This document shows positions 34,314 through 43,569 of a DNA stretch of 58,661 nt, piece after piece; the first letter of the stretch is position 1; every line of letters starts with the position of its first letter. A model generated the notes under the pieces. That model saw only the letters and a program-made list of their open reading frames with translations, had not been told where the DNA came from and searched no databases. Origin of the DNA: an uncultured Lachnospiraceae bacterium (lineage in GTDB: Bacteria > Bacillota > Clostridia > Lachnospirales > Lachnospiraceae). Location: NCBI GenBank assembly GCA_947631985.1, contig CANRNK010000001.1:1-58661 (forward strand). Reading direction: 5' to 3'. The position numbers were made by a program, and so were the translations under genes.

Positions 34314-36417
34314 AAAAGCGATGCAAAACTCCTGGATTAACAAAAGACGGAAGTATGCGATGGCTGGAATCGTCGTATTCCTTCTTGCGGGGGCCCTGTC
34401 ACTTGGAATAGAGCTTGCATTCTTTCAATACCCTATCCTGAAGGAGGGGGAAAGCCAGAAGACTTACACCTTGCATGACAATCTGCAACTACTCAGTGAA
34501 GAAGAGGTGTGGACTGAACTAAGTGCCGAAGAACAGACGACGATTGAACTGGAACAAGAGAATGAGAAACTCCTTGCGCAGGTAAACGGAGAAACATACA
34601 GCGAAGAAACAGATTCCAACCTAAAAGAAGAAAATGGGAAATTATATAGACGAAGGATAGAGACAAAGCTGGAAATCCTGTTTGAAGGGAAGCAGTATTG
34701 TGGAAATGTAACACTTCTCATGCCACAAGTTGTGGAAAACCTGACGTATACACTTGCAGGAATTGGACCGACTTCTGAGATTCTATGGCAGAGCAATCTG
34801 ACAGAGCTGGATTACAGACTTGCATGCGATGTTTTACAGATTGGGAAGCGATTTGAAAAGCTTCAGCTGACGATTTACAGCTCGGAAAAGGTAACTGGAC
34901 AGGACATACAGGTTGAGGTCAAAAATCAAAGTTCGATTCACTGGATCAGAGTATGCTACTTTTTTGTTGTGATGTTAATTCTATCAGGGGCACTCTTATT
35001 CATCATAAAAAAGTTAGAACAGGAAAAAAAGAAAGCGATAACTGGTCAAGAATACGGATTTCAGATTGAAACCATTTTCTTTGTGGCGAGTCTCGTGCTA
35101 GGTCTGCTCTTGATGCTCAGTAATGGGACCAATCTGACTGGGTTTGATGAACATACTCACTTTGCACGTGCCTATGCAATGTCATTTGACACGACAATTG
35201 AAACAACGGAAAGCGCCATGCGCATGAAGGCCAATGACATTCCGCAGTTCGATAATAGAGAGGAACGCAGACTTGTAGAGGCGTATGAAGAACACAATCA
35301 CGACTTCTCATGGGCAGACATTTCGACTCAGAGCAGATTTGTTACTTATTCTGACAGATCTTATCTGCCGATGGGAATCTTTATGAGAATGGGGAGGGCG
35401 ATGTCTCTTTCTTTTGCCAATATGATCATGCTGGCAAAATTTGGGAACCTTCTGGCATATAGTCTGCTTGGATTTCTGGCAGTTAAATTTGCGCTGCATA
35501 AGAAGGAAATGGTTGCAGCGATTGCATTGCTTCCAAATTGTATTTTTGCAGCCTCTGGGTTCAGCTATGATGCAATTGTGAATGGATTTTTACTTCTGGC
35601 TGTTGTTCTGACTGTGAATTTACTCAGCAAAACAGAAAGTAAAATTGCACCTATTACGGTGTTTCTGATTCTTGGAGCCTATATAGGTGGTAGTACAGCC
35701 AAACCCGTTTATATGATTATGGCATTCATCCTGGTATTTTTATCAGATGACAGATTTTTAAATAAAGGAAAGGCATGGCTCTTTCGTTTTAGTGTGTTTG
35801 CGCTTGTGGCACTCTTTCTTTACGTGATTTTCTTTCCACCAATATCAACAAGTGCCAATTATGAATTGATGGGTAATCTGGCTTATGCAGGGGACAGGCG
35901 CAACCAGGGGACAAGTGTTCTAGGGCAGCTTACCTTTATTTTTCAGGATCCTTTACGCTACTCGAAGATTTTACTTGGCATGATGGGAAAAGACTTGGTG
36001 GGATATCTGATGGGACCTGGAACCTTTTTCAATTATGGATATCTGGGTGGACTTTCCTGGGGATGGACGCTTACGGGATCTTTGTTACTTCTGTTTGGGA
36101 GCCTGTCAGGACCTGATTTTTTGAACGAGCAGGAGGGACTTGGGAAAAAGGATAAAATTCTGACTGCAATCATGATCTTTGGACTGACTGCTGTCATCTA
36201 CACTTCTATGTACGTAACCTATACTCCGGTGGGGAGTGCTGTAATCGAAGGGGTTCAGGGAAGATATTTTATTCCACTTCTGCTTCCTTTTGTTTATCTG
36301 CTGTCGAACAAAAAAAGGAAATTACCTGTTCCAAAGGCTATCTATCAGGTTTTTGTGATAGGATTTCCGATTGTTGCAAACCTTTGGATGATCTATCGGT
36401 TTGCATTAAAACCATAA
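34306..36417 (+). CDS. large polytopic membrane protein, GT-C-fold/DUF2142-like glycosyltransferase candidate
   Basis: 703 aa. TM1, a ~200-aa acidic ectodomain, then more than 10 TMs. The LTGFDEHTHFARAY motif right after a TM resembles the acidic first-loop motif of GT-C/DUF2142 proteins. Confidence 0.45.
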   Translation: MNRKAMQNSWINKRRKYAMAGIVVFLLAGALSLGIELAFFQYPILKEGESQKTYTLHDNLQLLSEEEVWTELSAEEQTTIELEQENEKLLAQVNGETYSEETDSNLKEENGKLYRRRIETKLEILFEGKQYCGNVTLLMPQVVENLTYTLAGIGPTSEILWQSNLTELDYRLACDVLQIGKRFEKLQLTIYSSEKVTGQDIQVEVKNQSSIHWIRVCYFFVVMLILSGALLFIIKKLEQEKKKAITGQEYGFQIETIFFVASLVLGLLLMLSNGTNLTGFDEHTHFARAYAMSFDTTIETTESAMRMKANDIPQFDNREERRLVEAYEEHNHDFSWADISTQSRFVTYSDRSYLPMGIFMRMGRAMSLSFANMIMLAKFGNLLAYSLLGFLAVKFALHKKEMVAAIALLPNCIFAASGFSYDAIVNGFLLLAVVLTVNLLSKTESKIAPITVFLILGAYIGGSTAKPVYMIMAFILVFLSDDRFLNKGKAWLFRFSVFALVALFLYVIFFPPISTSANYELMGNLAYAGDRRNQGTSVLGQLTFIFQDPLRYSKILLGMMGKDLVGYLMGPGTFFNYGYLGGLSWGWTLTGSLLLLFGSLSGPDFLNEQEGLGKKDKILTAIMIFGLTAVIYTSMYVTYTPVGSAVIEGVQGRYFIPLLLPFVYLLSNKKRKLPVPKAIYQVFVIGFPIVANLWMIYRFALKP

Positions 36418-36445
36418 AACGAATTGGAAGTTCAGTGGGAAAGGT

Positions 36446-37492
36446 ATGGTTACAAAAATGATTAGTATCATTGTTCCGGTGTACCAGGGTGAAGCGACTC
36501 TGGCGGCCTGTTTAAACAGTATTCTGGCCCAGACTTATCAGGATTTTGAAATCATTGTCGTGAATGATGGTTCGAAAGACCGAACGGGTGCGATTGCAGA
36601 GGAATATAGCAGACAGTACCCTAATATTCGTGTAATACAGCAGGAAAATCAAGGTGTTTCGGTTGCCAGGAACGCTGGAATTGCAGCGGCAAATGGAGAA
36701 TACATTCAATTCTTGGATAGTGATGATCTTCTTTTGGAAGAGGCGTGTCAAACCTTTATGACAGCAATGACAGAGCAAAAGACGGATCTGGTCATTGCGG
36801 GATACTGGCATAATTATTACCGGAAACGGGTCTTGAAAACACCCCCTTTTACGGGTACATTTCAGGTAGAGATGGCTGAACCGGAAGTGCTTTCTTTATA
36901 TCGTGAGGGAACACTGAATATGCCGTGGAATAAATTATACAAGAGAGAACGAATCAGACAAGGATTTCCTGAGACAATGAAACTTGGAGAGGACTTGTTC
37001 TTTAACCTGGACTATCTACTTGCGTGTTCGAATTTCACGCTGATAGAAGACCCGGTCTGCTCCTATCGTCAGGATGAAAGAAAAACAAATCTTTCTACGA
37101 TGGGACAGACGACTGATAATACTCATATTCTGAATCTTTATGAAAAAATGGAACTGTTTTGTCATTCGCTCTATGGAAATGGATGTTTTGAAAAAATGAT
37201 TGCAGGTAGGACGGTAGAAGAGCTTCTGAATCAGATTAGTGAATCAGCATTTTGCAGAAGGCCGTTCGGAAAAGTCAGAATGGAGTGGATCAGAAGCCAG
37301 ATTGCGTGGTTTCGAACATTTGAACAGAACAGACAGCAGAAGGGTTATGAAAAGCTGGCTGGGATGGAAGAGCTAAATTATACTGATCACAGGATTCTCT
37401 TCGTTGCACTTGCAAATGGATTTCCTAAGACACTTGCGTTTCTAACGTTTATCAGAAGTCTGCTTGTCAGAATAATGAGAGTATTTGGATAA
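36446..37492 (+). CDS. family 2 glycosyltransferase
   Basis: ISIIVPVYQGE...ILAQTYQDFEIIVVNDGSKD...FLDSDD motifs. Start is 36446 or 36458. Confidence 0.8.
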   Translation: MVTKMISIIVPVYQGEATLAACLNSILAQTYQDFEIIVVNDGSKDRTGAIAEEYSRQYPNIRVIQQENQGVSVARNAGIAAANGEYIQFLDSDDLLLEEACQTFMTAMTEQKTDLVIAGYWHNYYRKRVLKTPPFTGTFQVEMAEPEVLSLYREGTLNMPWNKLYKRERIRQGFPETMKLGEDLFFNLDYLLACSNFTLIEDPVCSYRQDERKTNLSTMGQTTDNTHILNLYEKMELFCHSLYGNGCFEKMIAGRTVEELLNQISESAFCRRPFGKVRMEWIRSQIAWFRTFEQNRQQKGYEKLAGMEELNYTDHRILFVALANGFPKTLAFLTFIRSLLVRIMRVFG

Positions 37493-37536
37493 TAAGAAAT
37501 CTGCGACTTGAAAAGACAGGGAGGGGAAGAAACAGC

Positions 37537-38634
37537 GTGATGAATCAAGAAAACATAAGTGACCTGGCTATAAAAGTTTCAGTCATCGTTCCGGTATACA
37601 ATGTGCAGGACTACCTTGAGAAATGTGTAAGCAGTATTATTGCACAGACAATCAGACCCCTGGAAATTATATTGGTAGACGACGGCTCAACAGATACTTC
37701 TGGTGCACTCTGTGATCAGTTTGAACGTGTATTTTCGACGATAGGGAAAGAAGGCAACGCAGATCAAGATGGAGTGATGCTGAAAGTCATTCATAAACAG
37801 AATGAAGGCTTAACAGCAGCCTGGAAAACGGGTTGCCTCGAAGCAAAGGGGGAATTCCTCGGATTTGTTGATGCGGATGATTATATTTTACCAGACATGT
37901 ATGAAACACTTTATCAAAAGTGTAAGCAGGAAGATGCGCAGATTGCTTGCTGTGGAATCAGACATGTCTTTGAATCGGGGAATCATGACGAATGGAATGA
38001 TGAAATGCAATTTCCAAAAGAGAGCTATACCGCAGAGGAAATGAAACAGCTTGTGTATCCTGTTTTCTTTAACAATGGAAAGTTCATGGGGAGGGGATTG
38101 CAGCCAAACAGGGTTTCGAAGCTTTTAAAACGGGAACTGGTGCTTCGAAATATGTGGCTTTGTGACGATGAAGTTTCTGTTGGAGAGGATTATCAGTTCT
38201 CACTTAGCATGTTCTTAGATGCCCAGAAGATAACCATTATTCCGGGTTACTTTCCTTATTTCTATTACATGCATCAAAGGTCCATGACCGGGGTATTCGT
38301 GCCGGAATACCTTGAGAAAATAAAGCGAATGAAGCACCATCTGATTCGAGTCTCTGATTATTATGGAAAGTATGATTTTACACAGCAGATACAAAATGAT
38401 TTTCTATGTCTGTCCGTATTGCATTTAAAAGAGGCAGCGGTCAGAAATAAAAAGGCTGGGTATCAGGTAGCCAGACCTTATATGAAGGCAATCTGTACGG
38501 ATCCAGAAGTAAGCAAGGCAGTTCGGGAACATACAATGAATGGTTTGACTCTGGCAGAAACCTTATTTGTATTCTTCATGAAGAAAAAATTATATCTATT
38601 AGCCTATGTATCAGTGAATTTATATTTTTCATAA
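37537..38634 (+). CDS. family 2 glycosyltransferase
   Basis: VSVIVPVYNVQDYL...EIILVDDGSTD...FVDADD motifs. GTG 37537 / ATG 37540 after GGGAGGGG. Confidence 0.8.
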   Translation: MMNQENISDLAIKVSVIVPVYNVQDYLEKCVSSIIAQTIRPLEIILVDDGSTDTSGALCDQFERVFSTIGKEGNADQDGVMLKVIHKQNEGLTAAWKTGCLEAKGEFLGFVDADDYILPDMYETLYQKCKQEDAQIACCGIRHVFESGNHDEWNDEMQFPKESYTAEEMKQLVYPVFFNNGKFMGRGLQPNRVSKLLKRELVLRNMWLCDDEVSVGEDYQFSLSMFLDAQKITIIPGYFPYFYYMHQRSMTGVFVPEYLEKIKRMKHHLIRVSDYYGKYDFTQQIQNDFLCLSVLHLKEAAVRNKKAGYQVARPYMKAICTDPEVSKAVREHTMNGLTLAETLFVFFMKKKLYLLAYVSVNLYFS

Positions 38635-38635
38635 A

Positions 38636-38680
38636 AGAAGTCCCTTGTGATTAATTGCAAACTAATCACAAGGGACTTCT
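38636..38680. terminator. perfect 18-bp hairpin between convergent genes (bidirectional terminator candidate, poor U-tracts)
   Basis: AGAAGTCCCTTGTGATTA (38636-38653) / TAATCACAAGGGACTTCT (38663-38680), 9-nt loop. Confidence 0.55.
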
Positions 38681-38695
38681 TAAGAGTTAAATAGC

Positions 38696-39856
38696 TTATT
38701 CAAAAATAACTTCATCACCATCTTCAACAATACAGATTGCTGTTTTACCTGTATTGATTACGATTTCATTTCCGTCATCATCAAAATATCTGGTAGGAGT
38801 ATAATTGCTGTTGATTCCCAGGTTATCAGGCTTCTCCCAGGTAATGTGAATTGCCTTTCCCTGTGTGAAGAAATAGCCATCACGGGTCGTATCATGAATC
38901 TGGAAATAGAGATAATCTTTTGGATCCCGCACTTCATAGTAGGTATTCTGTGTGATTACATTCGCAAATGCAAGCTGATTGCCACTTTCTGCATCACACT
39001 GTGGATCGCCATAGATCGTTTTGTAATATAAACCGTCGTCCTTGTTATAAGTATAGGTTGACTTTGTTACTGGATAACAGTTGGACAGATCAATAAAAGT
39101 AGCATCTTTTGCACCTTTAGCGTCTTCTAATGTATTAGGACTGCTTTCGCTTGCAAACTGGAAATGATCTGCCACATAATATTCATCTCTGTGTGTCAGA
39201 GAGAATCCTGCCTTGTCAATTGCAGCCAGGAGCTTCTCACCATTGGTGTAGGCGGTGTGTTCAGAAGCGACGCCGGATCGCTTGACACGATAGTAAGCAC
39301 CATAGTCAGATCCCATATCTGCGGTTCCGGTTCCGTTTATATTTTCAACATCAGCACGAAGCAAAATGTCAGATACATAGAGAGCTGGACCACCAAAATG
39401 TACGATGATTGGGTCCCATTCCAGGGCACAATATACAAAATAATCACGGATACTTCTTATATTACCGATTTGTTCTAAGTCTTTCCAGTCTTTCATAATT
39501 GCAAGCTGTCTGGACATTTTTCCTTCTTCAAGGATTTCATAAAATACATCAATCTGATCTAAACCATATTGTGGAAGTGCCACTTTATTCACTGGATACA
39601 TAACAGCGATCGGTCTTTCGTCAGCAAGTGCTTCATCAATCCATTCGTTTGTCAGTTTGCTTCTGACCATACCATCTTTTGTTTCCTCTTCTTCAACAAC
39701 AGGCGCATCTTCGGTTTCTGTACCTAGTCCAATGTCTTCAGCACTTACTTCTTCCTGTGCAGCCTCTTGTGTTGCAGTTTCCTCTTTTTTACCACATCCA
39801 AATAAAATAACTGAGGAGGAAATGGCAAGAAGGAGGAGAATTCTGAGTTTTTTCAT
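38696..39856 (-). CDS. DUF3048-domain lipoprotein (YerB-like)
   Basis: Lipobox ILFGC after MKKLRILLLLAISSS; acidic linker; RPIAVMYPVNKVALPQYGLDQIDVFYEILEEG matches the DUF3048 N-domain pattern. Confidence 0.7.
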   Translation of the reverse strand: MKKLRILLLLAISSSVILFGCGKKEETATQEAAQEEVSAEDIGLGTETEDAPVVEEEETKDGMVRSKLTNEWIDEALADERPIAVMYPVNKVALPQYGLDQIDVFYEILEEGKMSRQLAIMKDWKDLEQIGNIRSIRDYFVYCALEWDPIIVHFGGPALYVSDILLRADVENINGTGTADMGSDYGAYYRVKRSGVASEHTAYTNGEKLLAAIDKAGFSLTHRDEYYVADHFQFASESSPNTLEDAKGAKDATFIDLSNCYPVTKSTYTYNKDDGLYYKTIYGDPQCDAESGNQLAFANVITQNTYYEVRDPKDYLYFQIHDTTRDGYFFTQGKAIHITWEKPDNLGINSNYTPTRYFDDDGNEIVINTGKTAICIVEDGDEVIFE

Positions 39857-39939
39857 AGAAAAAATTCCTCTCTTTCACTCTGTTAGTTGGCTTTTGACAA
39901 CAGCCAAAAAAATTATATCATAGAACAAAGAGCAAGTCA

Positions 39940-39960
39940 TTAATATTTCGTTAATATTTC
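39940..39960. repeat. direct repeat TTAATATTTC x2 with 11-bp period
   Basis: TTAATATTTC-G-TTAATATTTC in the divergent intergenic region. Confidence 0.8.
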
Positions 39961-40013
39961 TGTAGCAAATACGTAGTATCTTTGTCTGGAAACAAAAAAA
40001 TTAAGTTTAAATG

Positions 40014-40020
40014 CCCCCCC
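40014..40020. repeat. C7 homopolymer in an AT-rich intergenic region
   Basis: ATGCCCCCCCAAG. It lies between TTTAAA (40006-40011) and TG-C-TATAGT (40027-40035). Confidence 0.9.
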
Positions 40021-40103
40021 AAGATATGCTATAGTAATATAGATTATCTCGTAAAAAAATAGTATACTATAATGGATGTTCAAAAGACGCGGAGGAAAGT
40101 AAA

Positions 40104-40421
40104 GTGGAACAATTTGAAAATGTGACAGCAGTGAAGAAGGCAAATGTATATTTTGATGGAAAGGTTACAAGCCGATCCGTATTTTTCGAAGATGGAAGTA
40201 AAAAAACACTTGGAATTATCATGCCGGGTCAGTATAAATTTGGCACAGTAGAAAAAGAAGAGATGGAAATTCTTGCAGGCGTGATTCACGTGTTACTGCA
40301 GGGAAGCGATATCTGGAGCTCATATAAAGCTGGAGAGTGCTTTGAGGTACCAGCAAATAGTGAATTTAGCGTTTCGACAGAAACGGTAGTCGATTACTGT
40401 TGTTCTTATATGAAAGAATAA
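40104..40421 (+). CDS. ppnP: pyrimidine/purine nucleoside phosphorylase PpnP (DUF1255 cupin)
   Basis: GTG start 7 nt after [20 protein letters not shown]...[12 protein letters not shown]...EEMEILAG is a typical YaiE/PpnP pattern. Confidence 0.8.
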   Translation: MEQFENVTAVKKANVYFDGKVTSRSVFFEDGSKKTLGIIMPGQYKFGTVEKEEMEILAGVIHVLLQGSDIWSSYKAGECFEVPANSEFSVSTETVVDYCCSYMKE

Positions 40422-40466
40422 AATCGCACGGTTCAAAAAAAGCGACAGAGTCCGCTAAGGAGGAGT

Positions 40467-41696
40467 ATGAAGATAGCACAGATTAATACTGTGACTGGAA
40501 GTGGGAGCATTGGTAAAATCACGGTAGGGCTGTACAAAATAGCTGAGAAATATGGTGACGAAGCCTTTATTCTCTATGGGAGAAGAAAGGCACCGGAAGG
40601 GTTACACACAATCAAGACAGGTAACCTGTTCGGATTTTCTCTTCACGTCTGCCGCGGACTCTTGTTTGGAGGAAGTGGGTTTGGATCAACCTTAGAAACC
40701 AGAAAACTGATTCGGATTCTGGAATCAGAAAAGCCGGATTTGCTTCATTTGCACAATCTACATGGTTTTTATCTTAATATAGAACTCTTATTTACTTATA
40801 TCAAGCAAAGTAAAATTCCGGTGGTATGGACGCTTCATGATTGTTGGGCGATGACAGGGCATTGTGCCTACTTTGACTATGTTGGATGCAACAAGTGGAA
40901 AAGAGAATGCTATGATTGTGTCCAGCAGAGGACTTCCTATCCTTATTCACTCTTACTTGACCGGTCAAGAAAGAATTTCAAGAGAAAGAAAGAAATATTT
41001 ACCGGAGTAGAGAACCTTACCATCGTATCACCAAGCCAATGGCTGGCAGACATCGTTAAGAGCTCCTTTTTAAAGGGATATCCTGTGCATGTGATTCCGA
41101 ATGGAATTGACCAATCTGTATTTGTACCTTCCTATCAAGAAATTATCCAGAAGAACCATAAAAGCGGCAGAAGAATTCTTGGAGTCGCTAATATATGGGA
41201 GAGAAGAAAGGGTCTTCACTTTTTCGAGCAACTTGCGAGGCTATTACCAGAGGAGGATTCCATTATGCTGGTCGGAGTCAGTAAAAGGCAGCAATGGGAA
41301 CTTCGCAAGAAGGAAAAAGAAAAGAGACTGCCAGAGGGCAAAATCACAACAATCAGAAGAACCCAGAATCAACAGGAACTGGCGAAGATTTACGCAGAGG
41401 CATCGGTTTACGTGAATACAACGTTGGAAGACAACTTCCCAACGACGAATCTGGAGGCACTTGCCTGCGGTACGGGTGTCATCACATTTGACACCGGAGG
41501 CAGCCCGGAAGCGGTTACGCCAGAGTGTGGGATTGTTGTTCCGAAGGGAGATGTGAAAGCGCTTTTTCGGGCAATTATGACATTCCGTACAGATACAGAA
41601 GCATGTAAAAAAAGAGCAAAGGAATATTGCATGGAAGATAGATTTGACGAATATTATCAACTCTACCACAGCATAGTAAAAGGAAAAAATGAGTAA
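40467..41696 (+). CDS. family 4 (GT-B) glycosyltransferase
   Basis: MKIAQINTV..GSIG, LHNLHG...WTLHDCWAMTGHCAYF...C..C, and a C-terminal EDNFPTTNLEALACG (E-x7-E-type) motif. Confidence 0.75.
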   Translation: MKIAQINTVTGSGSIGKITVGLYKIAEKYGDEAFILYGRRKAPEGLHTIKTGNLFGFSLHVCRGLLFGGSGFGSTLETRKLIRILESEKPDLLHLHNLHGFYLNIELLFTYIKQSKIPVVWTLHDCWAMTGHCAYFDYVGCNKWKRECYDCVQQRTSYPYSLLLDRSRKNFKRKKEIFTGVENLTIVSPSQWLADIVKSSFLKGYPVHVIPNGIDQSVFVPSYQEIIQKNHKSGRRILGVANIWERRKGLHFFEQLARLLPEEDSIMLVGVSKRQQWELRKKEKEKRLPEGKITTIRRTQNQQELAKIYAEASVYVNTTLEDNFPTTNLEALACGTGVITFDTGGSPEAVTPECGIVVPKGDVKALFRAIMTFRTDTEACKKRAKEYCMEDRFDEYYQLYHSIVKGKNE

Positions 41697-42456
41697 AAAA
41701 GTTTCAATTATTACAACGACCTATCATGATGCAAAGCAACTTGTAAAGGTAGCAGAGCAGGTTTGGCTTCAGTCGTATCAAAATATTGAATATGTAATTA
41801 TAGATGGGGGATCTACAGACGAAACACCAGAAGTACTTCAGAATCTGCGGGAGAAGTTTGGAGACCGAATTGTTGTTGTATCAGAACCAGATCACGGAAT
41901 CTATGAGGCAATCAACAAAGGAATCAAAGTAGCAACAGGTGATATTATTGGTTGTTGCTTTGACCGTTTTACGTCCCCAGAAGTGATTGCCAAGATGGTG
42001 GAGCAGATGGAACGGGAACGGACGGATGGGATTCATGCGGATCTGAATTATATGAAGGGTGACAGAATTGTCAGACGCTGGCACCAGGGACAGGGCAATA
42101 TCAGATTTGGATGGATGCCAGGACACCCGACTCTCTACCTGAAAAAAGAAGTGTATGAACAGTTTGGGGGATATCGGGAAGACTACAAAATTGCGGCAGA
42201 CTATGAATTTATGATTCGTATTTTACGGGATGGAAGTATAAAATTATCCTATCTTCCTGAAGTTCTGATTCATATGGAACATGGTGGAACAAGCACCAAT
42301 AGCCTGGCTTCCTATTTCTTGTCCTTGAAAGAGGGGCATAGAGCACTCGTAGAAAATCAGATTAAGTTTGCCTGGTTTACAGACTGTTGCAGGACACTTC
42401 GCGTATTGCTTCAGTTTTTCCAGAGAAAGCGTGCGAATAGGAATGACAATGAATAA
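41689..42456 (+). CDS. family 2 glycosyltransferase (short, WcaE-like size)
   Basis: VSIITTTYHD...NIEYVIIDGGSTDET. 8-nt overlap with the upstream gene. Confidence 0.75.
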   Translation: MSKKVSIITTTYHDAKQLVKVAEQVWLQSYQNIEYVIIDGGSTDETPEVLQNLREKFGDRIVVVSEPDHGIYEAINKGIKVATGDIIGCCFDRFTSPEVIAKMVEQMERERTDGIHADLNYMKGDRIVRRWHQGQGNIRFGWMPGHPTLYLKKEVYEQFGGYREDYKIAADYEFMIRILRDGSIKLSYLPEVLIHMEHGGTSTNSLASYFLSLKEGHRALVENQIKFAWFTDCCRTLRVLLQFFQRKRANRNDNE

Positions 42457-43153
42457 TAAAAAAAAATGTCTGGTTATCATTCCGGCATACAATGAAGAAA
42501 AGAGCATTCTGGATACGGTACGGGATTTGAAAGAGTACGCTCCGGAATTTGACTATATTGTGGTAAATGACTGCTCAAAAGATGGAACGGTTGCACTTTG
42601 CAAAAAGAACCAGATTCCCTTTCTGGATCTTCCGGTCAATCTTGGAATTGGAGGGGCTGTTCAGACAGGCTATCACTATGCCCTTGAAAATGGCTACCAA
42701 ATAGCGGTTCAGTTTGATGGGGATGGTCAGCATGATGCCAGATACCTGGAGAACATGAAAGAATCACTGGAGAGAGAAAAAGCAGATCTTTTGATTGGAT
42801 CCAGATTTATCGAAAAAAAGGGATTTCAATCTTCGGGACTTAGAAGACTTGGCATTCGTTATTTTACAATTCTGATCAGAATGCTGACTGGCGTTCGGAT
42901 CACGGACCCTACTTCGGGAATGCGCATGGCAGGAGAACAGGCAATTCTGATATTTGCAACACATTATCCCAAAGACTACCCAGAACCAGAAAGTGCAGTT
43001 GCAGCAATCAGACAAGGGCTTAAACTGGTAGAGATTCCGGTTGTTATGAGGGATAGAATGGAAGGAACTTCTTCCATTTCAGCGGGAAAAAGTATCTATT
43101 ATATGATAAAGGTGACGCTGGCAATTTTACTGGAGCGAATGAGGAGGTATTGA
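42449..43153 (+). CDS. family 2 glycosyltransferase, polyprenyl-phosphate sugar synthase (DPM1/GtrB-like) candidate, soluble form
   Basis: CLVIIPAYNEE...YIVVNDCSKDGT...QFDGDGQHD...GSRF. The ORF 42368 start lies inside the previous gene, so ATG 42443/42449 is preferred. Confidence 0.65.
   Translation: MNNKKKCLVIIPAYNEEKSILDTVRDLKEYAPEFDYIVVNDCSKDGTVALCKKNQIPFLDLPVNLGIGGAVQTGYHYALENGYQIAVQFDGDGQHDARYLENMKESLEREKADLLIGSRFIEKKGFQSSGLRRLGIRYFTILIRMLTGVRITDPTSGMRMAGEQAILIFATHYPKDYPEPESAVAAIRQGLKLVEIPVVMRDRMEGTSSISAGKSIYYMIKVTLAILLERMRRY
42458..42466 (+). repeat. A9 homopolymer at codons 4-6 of the DPM1/GtrB-like GT gene
   Basis: AATAATAAAAAAAAATGT, encoding NNKKKC. Confidence 0.95.
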
Positions 43154-43158
43154 AACTT

Positions 43159-43533
43159 ATGTATAAGCTGCAAATGATAGCTGCGATTATCCTTCTGGCG
43201 GCAATGGGGTATCTGGTTGGAATGATTCGTCGCAGAAAATTGGATATTAAATATGCACTGTCCTGGATGATTATGATTGGGCTGATGCTGATTGTAGATA
43301 TTTTTCCACCAATCCTCAGTCTGATTTCACATCTGTTTGGGATTGCAACCCCTGTAAACACTTTGTTTTTTCTGGGATTTATTTTTTCCCTTATGCTGAT
43401 TTTTGTTCTGACGGTATCAGTTTCAAGACTTTCGGACAGGATGAGACAGATGTCACAGGCACTTGCGCTGGCAGAAAAAAGAATACGGGAATTGGAAGAG
43501 TCGAATACGAGTGAGACAGAAAATAAAGAGTGA
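43159..43533 (+). CDS. DUF2304-family small membrane protein
   Basis: Four hydrophobic segments, then an amphipathic tail SRLSDRMRQMSQALALAEKRIRELEE. RRRKLDIKYALSWM resembles DUF2304. Sits directly after a DPM1-like GT2, a pairing I recall for this family. Confidence 0.55.
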   Translation: MYKLQMIAAIILLAAMGYLVGMIRRRKLDIKYALSWMIMIGLMLIVDIFPPILSLISHLFGIATPVNTLFFLGFIFSLMLIFVLTVSVSRLSDRMRQMSQALALAEKRIRELEESNTSETENKE

Positions 43534-43569
43534 TTGTACGCGTGTTTAAGCACGCAGACGGGAGAAAAA

